In this document: positions 56,621-64,000 of the stretch, in pieces | Position numbering within the stretch: position 1 is the stretch's first letter | How the letters are laid out: each line of letters starts with the position of its first letter | NCBI GenBank assembly: GCA_020891255.1 | Contig: BQFW01000010.1 | Coordinates: 496,001-560,000 of the forward strand | Length of the DNA: 64,000 nucleotides | Origin: Entomortierella parvispora E1425 | Taxonomy: Eukaryota > Fungi > Mortierellomycota | Reading direction: 5' to 3' | Made by a program: the position numbers and the translations under genes | Notes under the pieces: model-generated | The model's input: only the letters and a program-made list of their open reading frames with translations | Told to the model about the DNA's origin: nothing | Database searches by the model: none

Positions 56621-59139
56621 AGCAGATCCTTCCGCCGCTTCCACCAAGAAATCTGGCAACCTTGAGGCTACCAATAACTCGGCTGGAAAACATCACCATG
56701 GCCACCACTCCAAGAATCGCAACTGCGAAGCAAAAATCAACAAGTATGCTCAACAGCTGCTCGCCACCATTGCCCTCTTAGAAGACGCCATGTCCCAGAT
56801 AAAGGCAGACATTGCGAATGCTTCGGCCGAAGCCCAGAGGCTGTTGGCAGCCATTGAGAAGGAGATTGCCTTGTTGATTGACCAGGCTAGCAAGATTTTG
56901 ACAGGTGCAGCCTGCCGAGAAGCCTTGGCAGCGAGTCAAGCTGCGCTTGCCAGCTGCAGGAACGGTGCTGTTGGTAGCCAAATGGAGTTGGCGGCCTACA
57001 AGCAGCGCGAGAAGGAGGCTACCGATGCTTACGATGCCGCTCTCAAGGAGGAAGAAAAGTGCAAGACTAGTCTTGAAGCCTGCCAAGGAGAGTGCGGTGG
57101 CAAATTGAAGCAATGCCAGAGTGAAAAGGATCAGATTACAAAGGACCTTGGTACTGCGAATCAGAAGCTTAATCAGTGCAGTGATAAGGCTTCCGACCCG
57201 ACCAGCGATGATCCTAATTGCAAGAAAGACAAGCAGAAGTGTCAAGCAGATCTGGATGAATGCAGGTAAGATATGAGCTGGATCGAATGCATAGATTTCA
57301 CAATTATCAATGACTTACGCCGCTTCCTGTCGTGCTGTAATGTAGAACCAAATCTACTGATTCCGACTCTGAAAAGGCCAAATGCAGCTCAGACTTGGAC
57401 GACTGCAAGAAGGGCAACTCCGCGCTGGAGGACGACAATGCCAAATGCAACAATGAATTGGATCCCTGCAAGGACGATACCGACAAGATCAACACTGACA
57501 AAGACAAGTGCGAGGCAGACAAGGCTCAATGTGAGAGTGACAGGGCCAAGTGCCATCGAGTCAGTCCCACTTGCGAGACTGATTTGGAGAAGTGCAAGTA
57601 CGTAACCCCCCCCCCTCCTCTCCCCAGGTGCAAATATGAATGGGATTAACCAAGCACCCGGACTAATGGTTCCACTTTTTGAACGTTACAGGGCTGACAA
57701 CGAGAAAGCTGAAGCCGAAAAAGATCAGTGCGAGGCCGACAATGATACTTGCAAAAACGACAAGGACAAGTGCAACACGGACTTGAACGACTGTAAGAAC
57801 GCCAAGGACAGGGGTAAAGACGACGGCAACAAGTGCAAGTCAGATTTGGACAAGTGCAAGAGCGAAACTGATAGAGACAATGCCGAGAAGGACAAGTGTG
57901 AGGCTGACAAGGTCAAGTGTGAGAGCGAGAGCGCCAAATGCAAGGCCGACGGCCCGACTTGCCAGGCTGACTTGCAGCAGTGCAAATAAGTAACCCTCCG
58001 CCCTGCTCCAACACAAGGGTACAAGTGCGACTTGAACCAAGAGACGATGACTAACACTTTCGATGATGACCAACCATAGGGACCAGAATTCTGTCACCGA
58101 GGCTGAGAATGCCAAGTGCGAAGCTGATCGAGCTGTAAAGAAGGCTGCCAGGGACAAATGCCTCAGCGATTTGGGCCAGTGCGTGGGAGACCTCAGGGGA
58201 TCTACTTCATCCACAGACAAGTGCAAGAGGGACTTGGTCGAGTACCAGGGTGCGGATATTGCCGCCGAAACGGCCAAGTGCAAAGATGACTTGGATAAGT
58301 GCAAGAAGGACAGCACCGACAAGGATGTTGAAGGCGGCAAGTGCAAGGATGAATTGGACAAGTGCAAGAGCAACCCAGTTGATTCAGACAAGACCAAGTG
58401 CGAGACTGACAGAGACGCGTGTCTAGTCGACAGGGCCAGGTGCCAAGCCGAGAACGCCCTGTTCGAGGCGGACAAGGCCAAGTGCACCGCTGATTTGGGC
58501 GAATGCGAGCCTGCCAGGGACAAGTGTCTAGCCGATTTGGGCACCTGTAAGGCTGAAGGAACGACGATTGCTGCAGACGTAACTCAGTGCAGAGCCGACT
58601 TGGATCAGTGCAGGAAAGACACCGTCACGAAAGGCATCGCAGGCGACGAGTGTGCGCATGACTTGCAGAAATGCAATGAGGATTTGGACGCGTGTAATAT
58701 CCATACCTCAGAACTGCAAGGAAACCTTACAAGCTGCCTCGATGGCCAAAGGCGCGGCGTCTGCAATTTCCTTTGGGGCGTGGGCCACATGGGCGATTTC
58801 GGCGATATGGACTATCCGTACTGCTTGGGAAGTCCACAATATGCGGGTTATCCTCTCATTGTTAGGGCATGCAGTTGGGCTGCAAGCGGAGATTACCAGT
58901 TTTGGCAACTCCAAAAGGGTGTCTCGGGACGTGTTGCCGACCAAAATGGCCAATTATGTATCAACTGTGTACAGAGCACTGTGGAAAAATGCAACATCAA
59001 GAGTCGAGATCAAGAGTTCGAAATTTCGCCAGTTCAAGGCGGACAGACATATTTCTGCAAATCAACGGGTTTGTACGCGAGGATTACATCAAATGCCATT
59101 GTTTGGCAGTTGAACCCCGAAACTGTCCGAGGAATCTAA
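56568..59139 (+). CDS. Secreted Cys-heptad-repeat protein B with a ricin-B-like C-terminal domain. The third intron donor appears defective.
   Basis: Signal peptide MRRLLVFLLLIVCLSFVAA, C-x6-C repeats and C-terminal CLGSP...RACSW...QFWQ...QLCINC. Exons are 56568-57265, 57346-57597, 57692-57985 and 58080-59139. ATAAGT at 57986 stands where GTAAGT is expected. Confidence 0.78.
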
Positions 59140-59731
59140 AGGTGTTGTCCAAATCCACATCGCCTTTTAATAAAGTCCAAATTCTTGAAAGGGTGTCAGT
59201 TCCATGCTGTTCGACTTGTGTCCTGATTTCTTGGGAGGTCGGGGACCGTCTAAAGTCGTTTTTATCAGGTCAGCTTGGTACCATCATTGTTGTTATGGCG
59301 TGTGTTGTCCCTGATTTCAGTCATGGTAATGATTGCGTGTTGCTTTCAGACGGCGGGCTGATGGCGAGGCTACTGTATGCTAACTAATTAATCGGAAGAA
59401 CAAACTGGAGCTGCAACTGATCGTGTTACAGGTTGGATTGAGGGCACAGGGACAGAATGCTCCTGCAGGAAAGTCTTAAAATAATCAATTTATTTGATAC
59501 ATGAGTCGCAAAGCAAATCCCTCGACTAGATATTTTTTGATTGGGTTCATACAAGATACACTACATTAGACGGGCGGAAGGGAAGGAAAAAAAATATATA
59601 AAAATGATCGAGAAAACATGGGTATGATATGTTCAGGGTACTAGACCGAGGAACACGAATATTGAGTTGCGAAAAAAGAAAGCTGGTGATTCTGTTTGGT
59701 TATTTTGATGTTGTTGCTGCAGTTGCTAGCC

Positions 59732-59732
59732 G

Positions 59733-59780
<48 letters not shown>
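59732..59780 (+). repeat. (GTT)n microsatellite
   Basis: About 16 GTT units seen directly. Confidence 0.95.
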
Positions 59781-59781
<1 letters not shown>

Positions 59782-59841
59782 CATAAGCTGAAAGGTCATC
59801 AAAGGATTGTGGGACTGTGTCCAAGGTCCACCAGAAAATGA

Positions 59842-62800
59842 TCAGCGAAAGGGGTGGACAGGGGATGTTTGAGTCGTCGACTGAGGCGACAAAGCTGAAG
59901 ATAACACTGGTGTGGTTGCTCCTGTGGTCGCAGATGAGGTGCTCGGATACAAAGTAGGCATCAAATTAGCAAAGCTCGTGATGCTGCTCTTGGCACTCAG
60001 TGCCTTGGGCGATAGACTGCTGCCACCCGGTAATGTCAGCGAGTGGCTATGCTGCAACGAATGACTGTGCTGGTGGCCGGGGCGGGTTGACACTCCGTCG
60101 CCATTGACAGATCCAGCAGTCGAGAGGGAAAGAATACTATTCAGCGATCCAGCTCTGGCAAGACCTCCTGATTTTTCCATTCCCAACGTCCTTTCTTCCA
60201 TCCGCATCAACTCTGTCACAAATCCAATGTTGGGGCACATGCAGGGCCGCTGAGTGAGGACATGCTGGTAGGCTTTGTTCAGAGACCAATGAAGCTCTGT
60301 GATCAGATAGGCAATCGTCGCCGTCACAGACCGAGATTTGCCTGCTTTACAATGCACATAAATGGCCGAGTCCTTTGAGGCAGCTAGAAGAATGAAGTCA
60401 AAAGAAGGAAGGTAAGTTGCCAAGGTATGGTGATAATACCAACGTTATTGAAGCCAGTAAATCATACCAATAATGTCGACCGCTTGCAACAGGCCAACTG
60501 ATACGTCTGCCTCGATATGGTCATGCACTCCAATCTTGTGGTACTCAAACTGGTCGGGACAGTTGTTCACCAATGCGTCCTCACATTCTGTAGCCATGTT
60601 CAAGATCCTTCTGACACCGAATCCCCGGAGGGTTTCCACCTGGTCTGCACTCACAATCTCGGGTCCCAAATAGAGAAATCCAGGCAAGATGCATGAAATC
60701 TCTTGCTCATTTGCGTCAAAATTCTCTTCGCCGTCCATAGTGTCGTCATCAAAATATCCCGAAGGCTGGAATTGCTGCTGGGGTTGGAATGGATGACTAG
60801 GCTGGGGGAATACAGTGTCTGCTCCAAAGTGCCCTGTGGATCTTGTGCTGTTCGCACTGCCGCTTTGATGCCTACGAAGGCCTGGCGCTGCCGTGCTAGG
60901 GTTGGCTGACCCCTTAGATCCTTCTTCATGCTCATCCTCTTCTCGGATTCCTGTGGGGGTGCCTGATCGATACAACGACGAGAGTGTTGTTGACGATGAG
61001 AAGGACTTCTTGGAGCTCAATCCAGCGGGGATCATAAACATTCCGTGCGTTGGTGGCGCGGCAAGCATGTGCGAGGGTCCGGCGTCCGAAGAGTTCTCAG
61101 AGGCTATTATGGCGGACTGGCTGGTACTTCCATGACCCAACCCGCTACCCGAGTTCACTGGCCACTCAAATTGGCTACCGGTGGTTGTTGGTTGATCCAG
61201 TGGACCTCCGGCGTTCAAGGTCGGTACTGTGAGCCAGCTTCCTTTGCTTCGCAACGGCGGTAAGGGCAAGGTATTGGCTGCTGTAGCGCCCGATCCGTCC
61301 TGGAACGGGTGAACCTCTTGGTTGGACGGGTCTGCTGCGTTGTTGATGGGCGGGATGATGGAGATGGGCTTCAAGTTCAAAGTGCTGGCTCCGGTCATGC
61401 CAACTGTCTGGGATCGTGCGAGTCCAGCAGGACGTTGGAGGGACTTTGTGTTGAGTGAAAAGAGACTTTCTCTTCTTGCTGGTCCCACCCGTGGTTGTCG
61501 AGTCGATCCGCTCAAGGATGCATTTGTTAACGAGACTGCAATATCGATTGCGTGTGCAGTTTTTGCATCCGTGTCACTGTTGTTGCTGGGCAATCTCATC
61601 GGCGCCGAGAGCGGATATACAGGATTGACATCGTGTTCGGGCTTTGGAGCAAGTGAAGATCTTTCGATAGATTCCCGATATTGGTCTTCTGGAAGGCTTC
61701 CGTGATGGGCCATGTACTTTTCGTCCACGTCCCAAGACTGGAATGCCTCAAACCCGCCATCAAGGTACCATAATCGGATCGGCCCTCCAAAGTAGTTGCC
61801 TGCACCGCGCTCAAGGACCTGAACCAGCGTCCATGCCGGGCTGGCTGACCGTCCATAGTCTTCCTGTCCTGGCGCCATGTCCTGATCAAGCACCACTACA
61901 TCGTGCAAAGCGACCTGTTCTTCCGTTGAGACCGCTTTAGCTGAATCACGCTGTTGCTTCCAGCTATCTTGAATGGCATGGTACTGGTCTTTGTCCGAGG
62001 GAATTGTGATGAACGACTCGATTGCAAAGGAGCTGATGGCTCCTCCTCTCCTGTATCGCCTGGTGAGCAAGGTCGGCAAGTTGATGTTGATCGAGTATGC
62101 AATGGAGAGAGGGTCGAATTCTGGGTGTGGTCGAAGGTCCAAGATCAAAGGTCGACTGCCTGATGTTCTTCCTTGGCTGATCAAGCTAGCTAGTCTTGCA
62201 GAGGAGATGGGCGCTGCTGGGAACGGTGTCAGCTCTGACCTCAGGGGCGACAAGATACGGACCCGGCTGCAATCCTTATCAGACATCAAAGACGTCTCTG
62301 TGGGTGAAGTAGATGGTGAGGTGTTTGCAGAGGAGGCGGTTGAATTGGAAGTTGAGGAAGACAACGAGTTTGAGGTTGACAGTGTTGTCACGGACGTGGC
62401 AGGAGAGAGGGTAGAGGAGTGCGTCAAGGAAGGCGAAATAATAGCCGCAGACGCTGGTGTTGAGGGTGACGCGAGGATGGTGCTAAGGGTGGGTGCATGT
62501 CTGGGTATTGACACAAGCGCTGTCTGGATAGGCTTGGGCACTGGGGCGAGGCTGGATCCGTCCACTCTTAAAGAGGACCCTATTGACGGCTCGATATCCA
62601 AGGGTCCGAGATCTAGCCTCGTCTCCAGTCTGCCAGCCAATGGCGGTTCTTGCGGGGTAAAAGCTGAGGTTGAAGGTAATGGGGTGGCGGGGATTTTGCC
62701 GAGAGCTCGTGGACCAGCAAAAGATCGTGGAGCCAAGGGACCAGTCGAGTCCGAGGGGATTTTGGAGAAGGATCCTGATTTGAATGGTGCTGGGGGGGTG

Positions 62801-63764
62801 ACCGTAAAGGCGTCAGCACTGGGCAAGGTAGCAGCCGTCATGGAGTTCCTTGGGTAATAGTAACTTTGCAGTGTGAACGGGCTGCTCGAGGATGGGGCCT
62901 GAGTTCCAGATCCATTGCGAGCTGTAGATGAAGGTGAGGGAGAAGGAGAGGAGGCGGTCGAGGAGGCCATGGACGAGGTCGAGGAGGTTCTCTTGGATGA
63001 AAGAAAGCCTCTGAGGTAGCCCGTCTTTGGCGGAGAGGCGGAGGGAAGACGAGGATGCGAGCGAGGTGAAGGGCAGGAGGCGGCGGAGGAGAAGGATGTC
63101 CGCGTTTCAACAGGGAGTGTTGCAGTTGCAGTTGCAGATGTTGGCACTACTGGCGCTGCTAGCAGGGAAAAGAGAGCGACGACGGTTAGTTTAGTCTATA
63201 AGCTGTTAGTCGTTTTAGTTAGCAGGGACGAGACGCCTTGCCCGATGGGGCATGGCTGGGCGTGTAGGCGAATAGAGGAGGATGTGGATGCTATTCTTAG
63301 GAAAAACAACAGGACAACGCAAAACAGCCCTCTTCGTGTCTTTGTCATTGCCATGGTTGGAGAGCAAAAAGAAAACTACATGCGCCCAATGCAAACTGGG
63401 TCGAGTTGTTACCTTCAAGGTCGTGCTGCTGTTGTTGTCTCTCGTGGACACTGCAGACGGACGGTTGCTTGTCGTTGCTGTTGTCGTTGTTGTTGCCAAT
63501 GATGCTGTCGCTGATAATGGTTGTTATTACTGCCTTTTCATTAAAGGTGCCGTTGACGCTGTTGCCGTTACCGTTGCCGCTCTTGCTGATCCTCTTCTGG
63601 TCCCTTTTATCTTCTTCTGTGTAAGAGGACTGGAGGGTATCATGGCAGGTGCAGGCGCCGGGAAAACCGACCGCTGTCTCTGGAAGTCCGGGCGATGAGG
63701 GAGGTGTTTGTGAAGAAGACCAGCAGCACAGGGCGCTGTGCAGGGACGCCACAGACTCGAGCAT
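59842..63764 (-). CDS. Rhodanese-domain dual-specificity (MAPK-type) phosphatase, paralog 2, 3 exons
   Basis: LILDLRPHPEF, WYLDGGFEAF, ISCILPGFLYLG and HCKAGKSRS. The first exon is MLESVASLHSALCCW and intron positions match paralog 1. Confidence 0.9.
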
Positions 63765-64000
63765 TGTTTGGTTCTCTGGGTTGGTTTGATTTTGGATGAA
63801 TGAAGAAAGCGGGCAAAAAGAGGCGAATCTGTTCAAGCTGAAGGTATATGTGGGTATGGTTGTGGTCGTGGTCGTGGTCGTGGTCGTGTCAAGGATTTAG
63901 CTGAGTTGGATGCAAAGAAAAGAGGAAGTGTTGGAAGAAGGACGGTGCTGGGACTGAATGAGGGAATAGAGGCTGGCTGTTTAGGGTGCAGGAGAAGGAA

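Noticed and set aside
57986-58079. U12-type AT-AC intron explaining the AT donor
   Set aside because: It lacks the ATATCC consensus and the acceptor is AG.

Overview
Intron-rich fungal genomic DNA. NACHT-pentapeptide-WD40, F-box/RNI-like and GT10 genes suggest Mortierellaceae (inference). The left part (1-23 kb) is mostly housekeeping: mitochondrial TyrRS, NOG1, SSZ1, HAP2, TMEM42-like and NUP57. It also holds a frameshifted NLR-like gene and a non-coding host carrying duplicated C/D-box snoRNAs. The right part is accessory-like. The main find is a 7-exon, about 1,630-aa Fanzor1-type (eukaryotic TnpB/Cas12-like) RNA-guided nuclease gene at 47.4-52.9 kb. It has an intact RuvC D-E-D triad and a zinc finger, with a hairpin-rich candidate omegaRNA region downstream. 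There are also two head-to-head inverted duplications of secreted Cys-rich protein genes: beta/gamma-crystallin-like at 26.7-33.7 kb, and Cys-heptad stalk plus ricin-like head at 53-59 kb. Each is followed by a paralogous rhodanese-DSP (MAPK-phosphatase-like) gene. All gene models were spliced by eye and no database searches were run.
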